Part shown: piece after piece, positions 13,073-26,814 of the stretch | How the letters are laid out: every line of letters begins with the position of its first letter | Position numbering within the stretch: position 1 is the stretch's first letter | NCBI GenBank assembly: GCA_951406725.2 | Contig: OX597832.1 | Coordinates: forward strand, 42,408,001-42,472,000 | Source of the DNA: Octopus vulgaris | Taxonomy: Eukaryota | Direction: 5' to 3' | DNA: 64,000 nt | The notes under the pieces: model-generated | Database searches by the model: none | What the model saw: only the letters and a program-made list of their open reading frames with translations | Told to the model about the DNA's origin: nothing | Translations under genes and position numbers: made by a program

Positions 13073-13381
13073 CTATCCTTTCTCCCCCGACCCCTACTTC
13101 TTCAGTCCTTCATCCTTTCACCCCTACTCCCCTTCCCTTCTTCCCTCTTTCTCCCTCCCTCTTCCCCTTCCCTCTGCTCCCTCACTCCCTCTCTCCCCTT
13201 CTCTCTCCCCCTCTCCCTCTTTCCTCCTTCATCCCCCTCCCCCTTCCTTCTCCCCCTCCTCTCCTCTTCCCCCTTCTCCTCCCCCTCTTCTTCCCCTCCC
13301 CTTCTCCCCCCTCTTCTCCCCCTCCCCCTCTTCTCCTCACTACACCACATGACTTTACACATCACATCACATATGATGTGC

Positions 13382-13715
13382 CATACTAATACACACACCA
13401 ACTAATACATACTAATACGTACTAATACATACTAGTACATACTAATACTTACACCAACCCTATACATACACACGTCCAGACCCCGCATACGCACTTATAC
13501 TCTCTCACACACACACACACACACACCTATACATGCCAATACGTACTAATACATACTAATACATACACCAACCCCATACATACGCACGTCCAGACCAATC
13601 CTACGCACTAATACTCTCTCATACACACACACACACACACACACACACCCTTATACATACTAATACATACACCAACACTATACATACACACATCCAGACC
13701 CCTCCCACGCACTAT
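13382..13715. repeat. Three-copy tandem repeat (~105-115 bp unit)
   Basis: TACTAATAC..CACCAAC..CCAGACC..ACGCACT recurs three times, separated by (CA)n. Confidence 0.75.
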
Positions 13716-13811
13716 TAGCTGGTCCCTCAACCCATTTATCAACCCTATTATCTCCCCTTATTTCGCTCTCGCGTCTCATGTTTGATCTTTGACCTCTGGC
13801 CGAAATCAGAT

Positions 13812-14019
13812 CGCCATGTTGATTCGTTAGCTACTGCACGCATTTTTTTCTCTCCTTCTTTCTGTGTTTTTCTCTCTCTGTGTATCTTTCTGTTGAAGAG
13901 CGTAGGCTCGAAACGTTAAAGACTTGTTTTATTTATATTTCCTGAGCGCCATACTAATACAATTGTTCGTTTGTTTTCCACCTGCCTTCGTCTTTTGTTT
14001 ATTTTCATAAAGCTTCCCG

Positions 14020-14020
<1 letters not shown>
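13812..14020 (+). mobile_element. Family H1 element
   Basis: TCTTTCTGTTGAAGAGCGTAGGCTCGAAACGTTAAAGA...CCTGAGCG...CTTCCCGT then (TA)n. Confidence 0.75.
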
Positions 14021-14072
<52 letters not shown>

Positions 14073-14354
14073 CATATATGTATACATAGACATATGTGTG
14101 TATATATCATATGGTGTATATATGTATGTATGTATAAAAGTGTGTTTAGACATACTGAGACACTGACAGACTCCCCGCATACTATACACATAAATCATCT
14201 TTATACGCAAACACATTTAAACATGTGTATTGAGAATGTGTATGTATGCGACACACACACACACATACACACGCACGCACACACAGAGAGAGGCAGACAT
14301 TCGCTCATAAACACACACAATCATGCAATTGTCTCCATAGATAAATATATAGAG

Positions 14355-14369
14355 TAAATAGTAATAATG

Positions 14370-14447
<78 letters not shown>

Positions 14448-14473
14448 GTAATAATAATAATAATAATAATAAT
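14355..14473. repeat. (AAT)n microsatellite
   Basis: Direct reading. Confidence 0.95.
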
Positions 14474-15015
14474 CTTCCCACCTCACTCTTCACCCCCCCC
14501 CCCCTCCTCATTTCTATATTTTCTCTTCTTCATCTGTAAATTGCTGTCAGGATGACACCCGTTCAGTAAATAACAAAAGGGGGTACGTAGTTGGGTGTAA
14601 ATGTGTGTGTATACGTATCTGTCGAAGTGTGTGTACGCTTATACCTCTTTGCGTATGTATGTGTGTGTGTGTGTGTGTGTGTGAATAGTTGTGGCTCTTT
14701 TCGTTTGTATGAGTGTGCTGTCTGTCTGTATGTGTATGTGTATTACATATACCCGTGTCCTCTTTAGCGTAAAGTACTTGTGCGCGCCTGTGAGAACGAG
14801 ACCTTGTGTGTGTATGTATGTGTATGTGTTTGTCAGTGCGCGTCTGTACCTATATATATGTGTGTGTGTGTGTAAGTGTGTGTGCGTGTTTTAGTATGCA
14901 TGTATATGTGTCTGTGTTGTATGTATATTTGTGTGTATACTTATATGTATTTACAAATGTATATAATATGCCTCTGTGTGTGTATGTATATTTGTATCTA
15001 TATGTATATGTGTGT

Positions 15016-15046
<31 letters not shown>

Positions 15047-15490
15047 CTCACAGTCTCACACACGTATGTGTGTATGCGTGCATGTGTTCTATGTATATAT
15101 GTTTATGTATATTTATACGCATTTAATATATATATGTGTGTGTGTGTGTATGTTTATGTTTTTGTGTGCGTGTGTGTGTATGTGTGCATGTGTGTGTGTA
15201 TATGTGTGTGTGTGTGAGTGCGTCTGAGTATTTTCACAGCCCCAACTTTTAACCATCGCATTCCACAACCAATTGCTTTCTGTGTCACAGCCTCTCTTCT
15301 TACTATTCCGCCCACCCCGATCCGCCACCCTCGCCACCCGTCTCTACCATCAGTCTCTTAGCTTTACAACGCCCCACTCCTGCTCCCTCAGTACCCTTTT
15401 CAGCTCTTGTTTCACCCATCCTTACACTGCCTCCACCCCAACTCCACCCAGACTCTCTCCCACTCTCACTCATATCTTTAATTTTTAATC

Positions 15491-15572
<82 letters not shown>

Positions 15573-15814
15573 GTCTGTCTCTGTCTCTCTCTCTGTCTCT
15601 GTGTGTGTGTCTCTCTCTCTGTCTCTCTCTCTGTCTCTCTCTCTGTCTCTCCTCTTCCGAATCGGTTAACAAAATCTGACATACTAGGGTTCTGTAGGAA
15701 GCCTACGAAACACGAAGTCGTAAGGGACCCTGAATCAAATTCTTTTAAATAATAATACATGTAACTCCCTCTAAATGTGTTGAGTGCTTTTTTCTTTCTA
15801 TTTGTCCACTCATT

Positions 15815-16095
<281 letters not shown>

Positions 16096-16269
16096 ACAGA
16101 GAAAAGAGGGATAAGGTAAAATGTGTTAACGCGCCTTTTGTGAACAAGGCGTAAATAGTATATGTGGATGGTAGATGGATAATGCTTGTGTGTGTGTGTC
16201 TGCACAAGTGGTAATTTATCAATGTTGTGGGCTGTGAAAGGAGACGGCAGCGATACTAGTGAAAAGCAA

Positions 16270-16510
16270 CGTCGTTAATCTCGACTATGTAGAAGGTTTT
16301 AATGGAAAAAGAAAAAATCAATGATTGCTCACAGTGCAACCGTGAGGCAGGTGTTCCGTTACACAAAGCCACACAGCAGACGTTGAAAAGCAAAGAAGTG
16401 TGACCAGGAGAATTTCAATGGAAGGTTACAGGTCGGAGTGACCTGGTGTTGCGTCAGATGTCTCAAACGTTTTCTCTAAAACGATCTGGCAATCCCTGAC
16501 CATTTCCTAT
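16270..16510 (-). pseudogene. Penelope-like element GIY-YIG endonuclease C-terminal relic
   Basis: Manual translation: IGNGQGLPDRFRE then, after frameshift, SPGHTSLLFNVCCVALCNGTPASRLHCEQSLIF, resembling the PLE endonuclease pattern IGET.R.L.DRFREH...PGH...R...EQ.LIF. Confidence 0.6.
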
Positions 16511-17048
16511 AGGCGTCGAGCTGGCAGAATCGTTAGCACGCCGGGCGAAATGCTTAGCGGTATTTCGTCCGCCTCTGCGTTCTGAGTTCAAATACCGCCG
16601 AGGACGACTTTGCCTTTCATTCTTTCGGGGGTCGATAAATTAAGTACCAGTTACGCACTGGGGGTCGATGTAATCGATTTAATACCTATGTCTGTCCTTG
16701 TTTGTCCCCTCTGTGTTTGGCCCCTTGTGGGTAGTAAAGAAATAGGTATTTCGTCCGCCTCTGCGTTCTGAGTTCAAATTCCGCCGAGGACGACTTTGCC
16801 TTTCATCCTTTCGGGGGTCGATAAATTAAGTACCAGTTACGCACTGGGGTCGATGTAATCGACTTAATATCCATGTCTGTCCTTGTTTGTCCCCTCTATG
16901 TTTGGCTCCTTGTGGGTAATAAAGAAATAGGTATTTCGTCCGCCGAGGACGACTTTGCCTTTCATCCTTTCGGGGGTCGATAAATTAAGTACCAGTGACG
17001 CACTGGGATCGATGTAATCGACTTAATCCGTTTGTCTGTACTTGTTTG
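16511..17048 (+). mobile_element. SINE family B trimer inserted in the PLE relic
   Basis: One headed unit plus two headless units restarting at GGTATTTCGTCCGCC. Confidence 0.9.
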
Positions 17049-17059
17049 CGAGGAGCAAA

Positions 17060-17760
17060 ACGGTTGATTAAGATTTTTGTGTTATTTGAAATAGGGGCCA
17101 TGTGGTGCGACTGGGCCCAAAAGTCGAAGTCTCAGTTACAAATGCGGCATAGGTAGCGTATCTAATAAATGGGTTGGCATAAATGAGGTTCATCTTGGTA
17201 CACATGGATACACCATTGACCTGCTTGTTGATGTCCCTAGAAAAGGAGAAGCAGTTAAAGGTGTAGACGAGTTTAGTGAGGTAAAGGAGAGGAGGGGGTG
17301 TTGGGTTTTAGAGTGGTTCCATGGAGAAGGAAGAATTTTAGGGTTATGAGAGTTATGTCATGAGAGGTGAGAATGTAGGGAGCTTTGGCATCCATCATGA
17401 GAGGAAGCTGAGACATTGCGGAGAGGGAGAAGGAACTGGTGAAGAGGCGGAATGGAATGCCTGGTTGGTGTCACGGATGTGTATTGGAAGGGCTGGGAAG
17501 TGAGGGTTCGGGGTATAATGACAGTGAAGTCGAGGTATCTGGAGTTGTTTACAGGCTCAGACTGTTTGGGAATGTTGTTCAATTTTCCGAGTTGGATTCT
17601 GTGTATCGGGTTCTTTTCTCTAAGGATCCGGTTGAGGTGACGGCTTGTGTTGGTCACCCACACGCTACATGGTCATGGAAGATGAGGAAGTATCTTGCAG
17701 AGATAGAGACTGATTGGAACACCGCTCTGACGATCCGAGCAATTTCCGATAAATAGCGAG
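17060..17760 (-). pseudogene. Penelope-like (Neptune-type) reverse transcriptase relic
   Basis: Manual translation across frameshifts: SRYLD, IRDTNQAF, LMMDAKAPYILTSHD..LKFFL, LTKLVYTFNCFSFS...KQVNGVSMCTKMNLIYANPFIRY (cf. Q..G.AMGT.M.P.YANLF.GY). Confidence 0.75.
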
Positions 17761-17784
17761 AAAACAAGCAAAAAAAAAAAAAAA

Positions 17785-18075
17785 GACTGGCACACTGTCG
17801 ATTACAACGACAGGGGTTCCAGTTGATCCGATCAACGGAAAAGCCTGCTCTCTATAGACACGCGTACCCATAATGCAGTTCTCAAAGAGATTCAGTGTAA
17901 CACAAGGCTGGCCTTTTGAAATACAGGTACAGCACATTTTTGCCAGATGAGTAAACTGGGGCACCGTGAAATAGAGTATCTTGCTGAAGGACACAACGTG
18001 CTTCCGAGAATCGAACTCACAGCCTCACGATCGTGAACCGAATATCCCTAACCACTAAGCCACACTCCTTCACAT
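17785..18075 (-). mobile_element. tRNA-derived SINE family C variant
   Basis: Minus strand GTGTGGCTTAGTGGTTAGGGATATTCGG...GAGTTCGATTCTC; body shared with 393-598. Confidence 0.75.
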
Positions 18076-18141
18076 CAATGGTGGATGCAGGGACGCGTTG
18101 CAGCGGTGCACACTCCCATACATGACCTGACTTGACTGTGA

Positions 18142-18528
18142 TCATCATCATCATCATTGTTCGACCGTGGTCGAGACAATGGAATTTACTATGTTACGCC
18201 AGACTTCACGGTCCATCATAGCATTACGGATGTCCTGTTGCTGGATGCCTGTATCCCTGGAGATTACATCAGGGTAGGAGACTGTTAAATTAAGTTAAGT
18301 TAATTTTTTTACTCAAAAAGCAAAATGCAAGGCCATGTAGGCGCCCTGTGTGCGCCCTCTGGTATTGTGAGTAGATGGCTTCCAGAGGAGAAGAGGAGAA
18401 ATTACCTCGTTTTCAGCTCTATAACAATGTCCAGCAAGCTGGGCTCTTCTACCTTTCACAAGAGATGATACAGGTGGTAGTTTCCCATATATTTGCATTT
18501 TGGTTGGATGACGCTTCCACGAGAGATT
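18142..18528 (-). mobile_element. 5'-truncated RTE-clade LINE with (TGA)n tail and 10-bp TSD
   Basis: NLSWKRHPTKMQIYGKLPPVSSLVKGRRAQLAGHCYR..LLLWKP..RGRT|LSYPDVISRDTG..AMMDREVWR..stop, then (TGA)n; TSD TTGACTGTGA at 18132-18141 and 18529-18538. Confidence 0.85.
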
Positions 18529-18531
18529 TTG

Positions 18532-18943
18532 ACTGTGAAGTAACATGAGATGTTGGTCTCAAAGACTTTGGGAGAAAAGCAGACGGTGGAAATACCTGGT
18601 GTGTGGACGCGAAGGTTAATGGCTGTTGAGCGAGGGAGGAAAGAGAGAATCAGATGAATTTCTGTGTGGCGTTGGACCTAAGTGTCTATTGGTTGCTGGG
18701 AATATGGTAAGAAGGCGAATTTCGGTGAGTAGGGAAGGGTTATTGAAGAGCTGCCGAAGCGCTTCACAGCCTTGAAGAGGTCAAACAACTGCTTACGCCG
18801 CCACACCAGTACAAATGTCGGCTGATCTAACGACGATGTCGTGTCCCTGTCGAAGACGGCGGCGAAGTACAGAGAATTCGGCATGGGAACTATTAAGGCA
18901 TTAAGATGCCGATAACTAAAACGGTCCACAGATTAGTCAGACG

Positions 18944-18945
<2 letters not shown>
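18532..18945 (-). pseudogene. Penelope-like element ORF relic, region upstream of the RT core
   Basis: RRLRQGHDIVVRSAD / VLVWRR / STAINLRVHTPGISTVCFSPKVFETN, resembling DIVIKPADKG..VVVW and TPRT..FY.LPKIHKPN. Confidence 0.6.
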
Positions 18946-19022
<77 letters not shown>

Positions 19023-19214
19023 GCACACACACACATACACACAACCTGGAGAGCAAATTCTTTCGTACACGTCCCATTGTAAACTTTTATACTTTTTTTA
19101 TACATTGATTGTTTTACGGTTTTTTCTTTGCTTCTTCTTCCCACCTCCTGACATTTTGGATACTCCATCATAAAGTGACACAGATCAACCGGATTACCAT
19201 AGGATTTACATTAT

Positions 19215-20097
19215 TATACCATAACACTATAAACCTAGTTACCACCACTGACTACACCACCACCACCACCACCACTACCACAACCATCACCACCATCATC
19301 ACTACTCATAGCATTATAAACCTAGTCTATCGCCATCGCCACCAACGCCACCACCACCACCACCACCACCACCACCACCACCACCATCTCAATCACCATC
19401 TCTACTCATAGCATTATAAAACTCGTCTATCACCATCACCGCCACCACCACACCATCACCACCACCACCACCACCACCACCACCACCACCGCCACCACCA
19501 TAACAACCATTATCACAACCACCATCTTCAGTACTCATAGCATTATAAACCTAGTGTATCACCATCACCACCACCACTACCACCACTACTGCCATCAGTA
19601 CTGTTAGTACTCTGTAAAATCTACACCACCCCACCATGACCACCACCCATAACACTATAAACCAACGCAACAACCACCATCTTTAACATCACCACTACCA
19701 CAAATCCCCGCTATCGCCACTGCCGTCCCAACTAAGATTTTACTGTAAACCTAAAACCACCACCACCACCACCGCCACCACCACCACCACCACCACCACT
19801 AACATCACCAACACTACCACCACCGACGCCACCACCACCACCACCACCACCACCACCACCACCAACACCACCGCCGCCACCACCACCAAAACCACCACCA
19901 CCACCACCACCACCACCACCACCACCACCACCACCATCACCAACACCACCGTCACCACTACTACCACCACCACCACCACCACCACCACCACCGCTTACAT
20001 CACCAACACCACTACCACCAGCACCAGCACCACACCACTACTACCACCACCACCACCACCACCACCACCACCACCACCATACCAGCAGCAGCAGCAG
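19215..20097. repeat. (CAC)n-rich composite repeat with recurring TACTCATAGCATTATAAA unit
   Basis: Direct reading; unit recurs near 19302, 19403 and 19533. Confidence 0.85.
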
Positions 20098-20479
20098 CTC
20101 GAACTTCATAATTATAACTTCCTATTTGACTTTCACAACTCCTCCTCCTCCTCTACCAGAATCCGATCTTCTTCCCCCCCCATTCCCCCCTTCTCTTCCC
20201 CCCGAACCTCTACCACTCTTATGTCTACAAAACCGAAGGCGACCCATCCACCCCCACCTGCCCGTCCGTCCGTCCATCCACCCATCCGCCTCTTCAATGC
20301 TCCTCCACTCCTATCCTTCCAAATTCCTTCTCCAACTCAGTCTGCCCTCTTTACATCTGTTGACATGTATATGCCAGTGTGTGTGTGTGTGTGTTTATGT
20401 GTGTGTGTGTGTGTGTGCCGACTGCATGTCTCTGGGTCTGTGTGTGTTTATTATAAGTATGTTTGTCGTATGTATATGA

Positions 20480-20518
<39 letters not shown>

Positions 20519-21230
20519 CACACACCCATGTACATACGACACACATATATTTAATATGTGCCGTATGTATATGAATGTATATATATATATAAACAAATAC
20601 ACAAATACAATATATATATACATACCCATATACTTAGACAAACATACAAACACACACACATGTGTATATATATATATATGTATATATAAATACACGGATA
20701 TACACATGTATAAAAGGCAAATACATTCATATAAGTATGTATTGTGTATATATTAGTAATATATACACAATACTATATTGACTAGTGGTTGCATTAGTTA
20801 ACTAACATTATATGACTTTATATATATATGCGTGTGTGTGCGCATGTATGTGTGTCTGCGTGTGTGTGGTGCATATACAGACATATACATATACATATAT
20901 GAGTGCATTATTTGTTTATACATATATATATTGTATGTATATATGTATGTGTGTATACGCATACGCTCTCTCTCTCCCCATTTCTCTCTCTCTCTCTCTT
21001 CCTCTCTGCCTTTCTCACACACACTCAATCATAACAATGTATTCTGTGAGGGATATAGGGTCGCGTTGTGACAGATTTCCAGCAGAACAATCACGGGTTC
21101 ACTGAATTTCTGACGGTAACAAGGGAGTGTCTGTAACTCGATGCAGAACAAATATTCCAATGGCTTGTAAGGCACTGGATTTCATTTATGGTCCCTAGCT
21201 GATAAACATTGTCACACACACGCGCACACA

Positions 21231-21291
<61 letters not shown>

Positions 21292-21424
21292 AATGCCCTA
21301 CTTTTTGACCGGGAAAAATGCTTTGCCCGAGTACATACATATGCGCGCACACACACATATTTATATTTACACATATATGTGTGTGTGTGTGTAAATGTAC
21401 ATATGTATACACATACATATATGT

Positions 21425-21716
21425 GGGAGGCACATGACCTAGTGGTTAGAGCAGCGGATTCGCAGTCGAGGGATCGTGGGTTCGAATCTCAGACCGGCCG
21501 ATGTTTGTGTTTATGAGCGAAACCCCTAAGCTTCACGCGGCTCCGGCAGAAGGTAATGGCGAACTTCTGCTGACTCTTTCGCCACAACTTTCTCTCACTC
21601 TTTCCTCCTGCATCTTGCAGCTCACCTGCGACGGACCGGCGTCCCGTCCAGATGGGGAACCTATGCGCCAAGGAAACCGGCCCTTATGAGCCAGGTATGG
21701 CTCGAGAAGGAACAAA
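21425..21716 (+). mobile_element. tRNA(Arg-like)-derived SINE family D, full length
   Basis: A/B boxes (CCTAGTGG, GGTTCGAATCTC); flanked by ACATATATGT direct repeat; near-identical to 23972-24272. Confidence 0.9.
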
Positions 21717-21834
21717 CATATATGTAACAAATATATGTTGTATGTGTATGCATGTGCGTGTGCGTTTGTGCGTGTCTGCATGTTTGTGTGTGTGTATTTC
21801 TCACTATACAGACTTATGCCCGAGTCCCAACTAA

Positions 21835-22130
21835 TTCATAATTCCTATGAATATTTGTAGAGCACTTCCGATAGAAATAACTAACAGAAGTCAATTTCCA
21901 AGGAATCTAATGCTCTTAGCTTAGTTTTTCCTTTGGGCTGGCCAGATTGGAGCAATCTCAGGATTAATCAGCCGAAATTGCGAGGATAATCCGGTTCTTG
22001 ACTGAAGATAAAAGGCTTCGAATGACCTGTCCGTGCGTTTTTTGTATCGTCTGTCTGGATGTTTTGTTGTCCCTTTTATGTATCACCTAGTTGTCCGGAT
22101 GTTTTGCGTTCTTGTCCCATTTTGCATTTT
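21835..22130 (+). mobile_element. Family H4 element
   Basis: TTAATCAGCCGAAATT...CCGGTTCTTGACTGAAGA...TTCGAATG.CCTGTCCGTG shared with 57080-57215; ends in (TA)n. Confidence 0.6.
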
Positions 22131-22810
22131 ATATATATATATATTGGCCTACTTGTCTCAGTCCTACTTCGTTTTAAGCATATCTGCACGTCATAGGGGT
22201 GTCGCACTATTATCAATGTGCTGAGAGTTATTTCATGATTCTACTTCTCCCACCTGCGTATAAATCTCTGATTATGAAGGTCATTCATTCCAGAAACGCA
22301 TAACATTGATGATGGCATCGCTTTAACTCCAAATTTGAGCGATTACTTTATGAGTAATACTTTGGTGTATATTATAAGATCGTGAAGATTAGAGCTCTCT
22401 CGATCTTTCTTCATTATCTCTCTATATATGAATACACACATACACACACATACATACACACATGCAGCGATAGATGCAGATATATACCACATATTTATGC
22501 ATGAGTACATACACCTATAATTTAAAAATATATATGTTGATATGAACAGATTTATCGCAATCAGAGCAAATATATTCAATGTAAGGAATGTAGATTTAGG
22601 TGTTTGGTTCAATGAAGAGTAATTTTTTTTAAATAGAAAAAATTCTTGAATGAAACAGTCAGCTATTTCTCAGGCATATACATACATACATACATACATA
22701 CATACATACATACATACATACATACATACAAGCATACATACATACATACATACATACATACATACATACATACATACATACATACATACATACATACATA
22801 CATACATACA

Positions 22811-22841
<31 letters not shown>

Positions 22842-22865
22842 GTATACTCTTTTACTGTTTTACTC

Positions 22866-23256
22866 TTTTACATGTTTCAGTCATTTGACTGCGGCCATGC
22901 TGGAGCGCCGCCTTTAGTCGTGCAAATCGACAGCGGGACTTATTCTTTTGTAAGCCCAGTACTTATTCTATCGGTCTTTTTTGCCGAACCGCTATGTGAC
23001 GGGGACGTAAACACACCAGCATCGGTTGTCAAGCAATGCTAGGGGTACAAACACAGACACACAAACACATACACATACATACACATACACATATATACAC
23101 ATATATACGACAGGCGTCTTTCAGTTTCCGTCTACCAAATCCACTCACAAGGCATTGGTCGGCCCGGGGCTATAGCAGAAGACACTTGTCGAAGGTGCCA
23201 CGCAGTGGGACTGAACCCGGAACCATGTGTTTGGTTAGCAAGCTACTTACCACACA
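22866..23256 (-). mobile_element. SINE family A
   Basis: Matches the other family A copies. Confidence 0.88.
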
Positions 23257-23486
23257 TATTTAGATATATACATAAATACACGTATACATCCATATTTTTT
23301 TTACTGACAAACTATCTTATGCTAGATGTTAAAGACATTAGATCTTTTTTTTGTAATGGCCATGCTGAAATTTAAAGTCGAAAACACTTCAGATTCTCAT
23401 TTACGAACCCAAGTACTCAAGTAACATGCAAGCGCAAGAACTCCGGTTTCGAGATGAGGCAGGTAATATTTCGGAAATTCCGAAAC

Positions 23487-23670
23487 ATACATACATACAT
23501 ACATGCATACATACATACATACATACATACATACATACATACATACATACATACATAAATACATACATGCATACATACATACATACATACATACATACAT
23601 ACATACATACATACATACATACATAAATACATACATGCATACATACATACATACATACATACATACATAC

Positions 23671-23701
<31 letters not shown>

Positions 23702-23753
23702 CATACATACATACATACATACTACATACATGCATACATACATACATACATAC
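23487..23753. repeat. (CATA)n microsatellite
   Basis: Direct reading. Confidence 0.95.
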
Positions 23754-23971
23754 AATTAAAACCGAATTGGGATATACTATTACAGCAAAACTATATTGAT
23801 GTCGATATTCAGGATGTCACCATGCTATTTACGGCAGAGTATTCCGTCCCCCCCCCTATATCTATGGGTTTAGGTGTTTAAACGTAAAAAAAGTACTCAA
23901 TGCATGTAATAATAAATCAGTTGTCTTTTTCTCTCCCTGTTGCCTTTCCGTTCTTGCTATGTTCTCACTCG

Positions 23972-24272
23972 TGGAGGCACATGGCCTAGTGGTTAGAGCA
24001 GCGGACTCGCGGTCGAGGGATCGCGGGTTCGAATCTCAGACCGGGCGATGTGTGTGTTTATGAGCGAAACACCTAAGCTTCATGCGCGGCTCCGGCAGAA
24101 GGTAATGGCAAACTTCTGCTGACTCTTTCGCCACAACTTTCTCTCACTCTTTCCTCCTGCATCTTGCAGCTCACCTGTGACGGACCGGTGTCCCGTCCAG
24201 GTGGGGAACCTATACGCCAAGGAAACCGGGAAACCGGCCCCTATGAGCCAGGCATGGCTTGAGAAGGAACAA
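23972..24272 (+). mobile_element. SINE family D, full length
   Basis: TGGCCTAGTGG, GACTCGCGGTC, GGTTCGAATCTC; flanking repeat TATGT(T/A)CTCACTC. Confidence 0.9.
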
Positions 24273-24843
24273 ATATGTACTCACTCAGGCTATCTCTTTC
24301 TTACTTCTACGAGCATGTTAACGTGAAAGTTTAAAGTAACAGCGCACATCTATCTACAAGTGAATAACTAGAAATGTATTCTGCAATATATATTGAAAGA
24401 GACTTTGTTGTATGGTATTTGACATACCCATATTTGTTAGTGTCATTGAAATACCTGCACACTGGCTACTTTGCGTTATTTCTCTTCGCTCAGATTTGTT
24501 TAAAATACGCAAATTCATTAAGCCATACCTGCTTTTTGAGATCTTTTCACGTTTGGCTGCACCTGTGGAAATTTTAAAGTTTTGTGAAAATTTTAAAATT
24601 TTGTGTATTGATGTAATTTTTCACACTTAATCTCAGGAGATAATTCACTTTTTCCATAGTAAAAAGCTTGGCTTGTTATTATGGAAACAGGCATCGATAT
24701 GTCTGTGGATTTTGATTGGCAAACATTTTAATTTATTTAATTATTAGCTCTTTATTTATTGATTCGTGGTGAAAAAGAATTTCATGTTAATGATTACTTT
24801 ACCAAACTACATCAACACACCAAATATGAAATCAATTTAAACA

Positions 24844-24972
<129 letters not shown>

Positions 24973-25077
24973 GTCTGTCTACACACAGGCAACATGCATA
25001 TAAGCACACAGAAAATGAGAAGTATGAGTAAATGTAATGACATGCGTGCGCGTGTGTGCGTTTATGTACACACACAT

Positions 25078-25149
<72 letters not shown>

Positions 25150-25733
25150 TCACACACACATTACATATACATAACTAAAAGCTGTCACGCATATTTTATC
25201 CCTACCCCATAACTCGCAGTCAGCAGCGATATTAAGGACTTCTACAAGTATGGTAGAAAAACAGTTCTGTCTTCCATTTTGTAAACGGCTGCTTGGAGAC
25301 CCAAGTTGTCTTCCCCCTGTTTTCCTTCCTATTCTTTCCCTTTCCTGACCTGCCTCACAGCAAAATATGTTCAGAAGAAAATTCTTGCTTGTGTAAGCAT
25401 TTCCTTTCCTTATAACCAAAATTCGTTTCCGAATCCCATATATCAGCTTAATCTAAATGTTCTTAAGTTTCTAATCCGGATAAAACTCCTCTTTGCTTTC
25501 CGCCCTCACGCCCACCTCCATCACCTTCTCCCCCACATATCATCATCATCATCATCCTCATCATTGTCGTCGATTTGCTGTTGTTGTTGTTGTTGTTGTT
25601 GTTGTTCTTCTTCTTCTTCTTCTTCTTCTTCTACACATTTTAATATGTATACATACATGCATGAGTCAGTGTGTCTATATATATATATATGTATATATGT
25701 GTGTGTGCATAGATATTTATGTTTCTGTTTGTA

Positions 25734-25779
<46 letters not shown>

Positions 25780-25794
25780 TATGTATGTGTTTGC

Positions 25795-25858
<64 letters not shown>

Positions 25859-26669
25859 TTGTATGTGTGTGTGCGTGTAAATACATACACTCATATGCAT
25901 ACATAAGCTAACATACATGTACTTATGTGTGTGTGTGTGTGTGTGTGTATGTTTGTGTGTTCCCATATCTTTTTTGCGCCCTTCTCTCCTTCCCCTTCTC
26001 TCTCTCTCTCTCTTTCACTTTCTCTTTCCATCTTTGTCTCCTACTCTCATTTTCGGCTCTGTCCCTTTTTTTTTCCACCCCATTTTGGTCTTTCTGTTGT
26101 TCTCTTCTAGAAAATTTTAATACCCTTCCCAATGTCAAACCAATTAAAATATCTTTATAGCCCCACAGACAGAAAAGAACAGGATAGGGCAGGGGCAGTT
26201 GTCTGGATTCTGAAGGTATCGGCGGCTGACGATGTGGCGACGGCGGCGATTGATAAGGTATGCACACACACACACACACACATACATAAACGCACACATC
26301 GTAGATTAACCCACCATTACACTTTTCACTTTATTAAAAAAAAAGGGGTAAGATGATGTTGAGGGGTTGCGTAAAAGAAAAGGGGGTAATTGGGGCTCTT
26401 AAAACTTTTCTTTTGCGATCCTGTCGACACCGTCATTACCTTCATTCCATTCTTCTTTCAATCGCCTTCCTCTTCTTTCCCTGCTTCTTTTACCCCAACT
26501 CTCCGTCGCCCCCTTCCACGTTTCCTCCTCCTGTCTCTTGTGTCTGCATATCTGCTACATAAACACTCTAGCCATATCTTCTTCGCTGACAACCTATGAC
26601 CGTCTGGGTACAACGCAACGAGCGACGAATACGAACAGTGTAATTGAAACGATTAACAACACCAACACC

Positions 26670-26703
<34 letters not shown>

Positions 26704-26705
26704 GC

Positions 26706-26752
<47 letters not shown>

Positions 26753-26756
26753 AAAC

Positions 26757-26788
<32 letters not shown>

Positions 26789-26814
26789 TAATAATAATAA
26801 TGATAATAATGATA

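Noticed and set aside
19290-19560. CRISPR-like repeat/spacer appearance
   Set aside because: Spacers are (CAC)n of unequal length, the context is eukaryotic and there are no cas genes
21425-21500. tRNA-Arg-like sequence (also at 23972, 15939, 6107)
   Set aside because: No proper acceptor stem; continues into a SINE body with TSDs, so these are SINE heads and not tRNA genes
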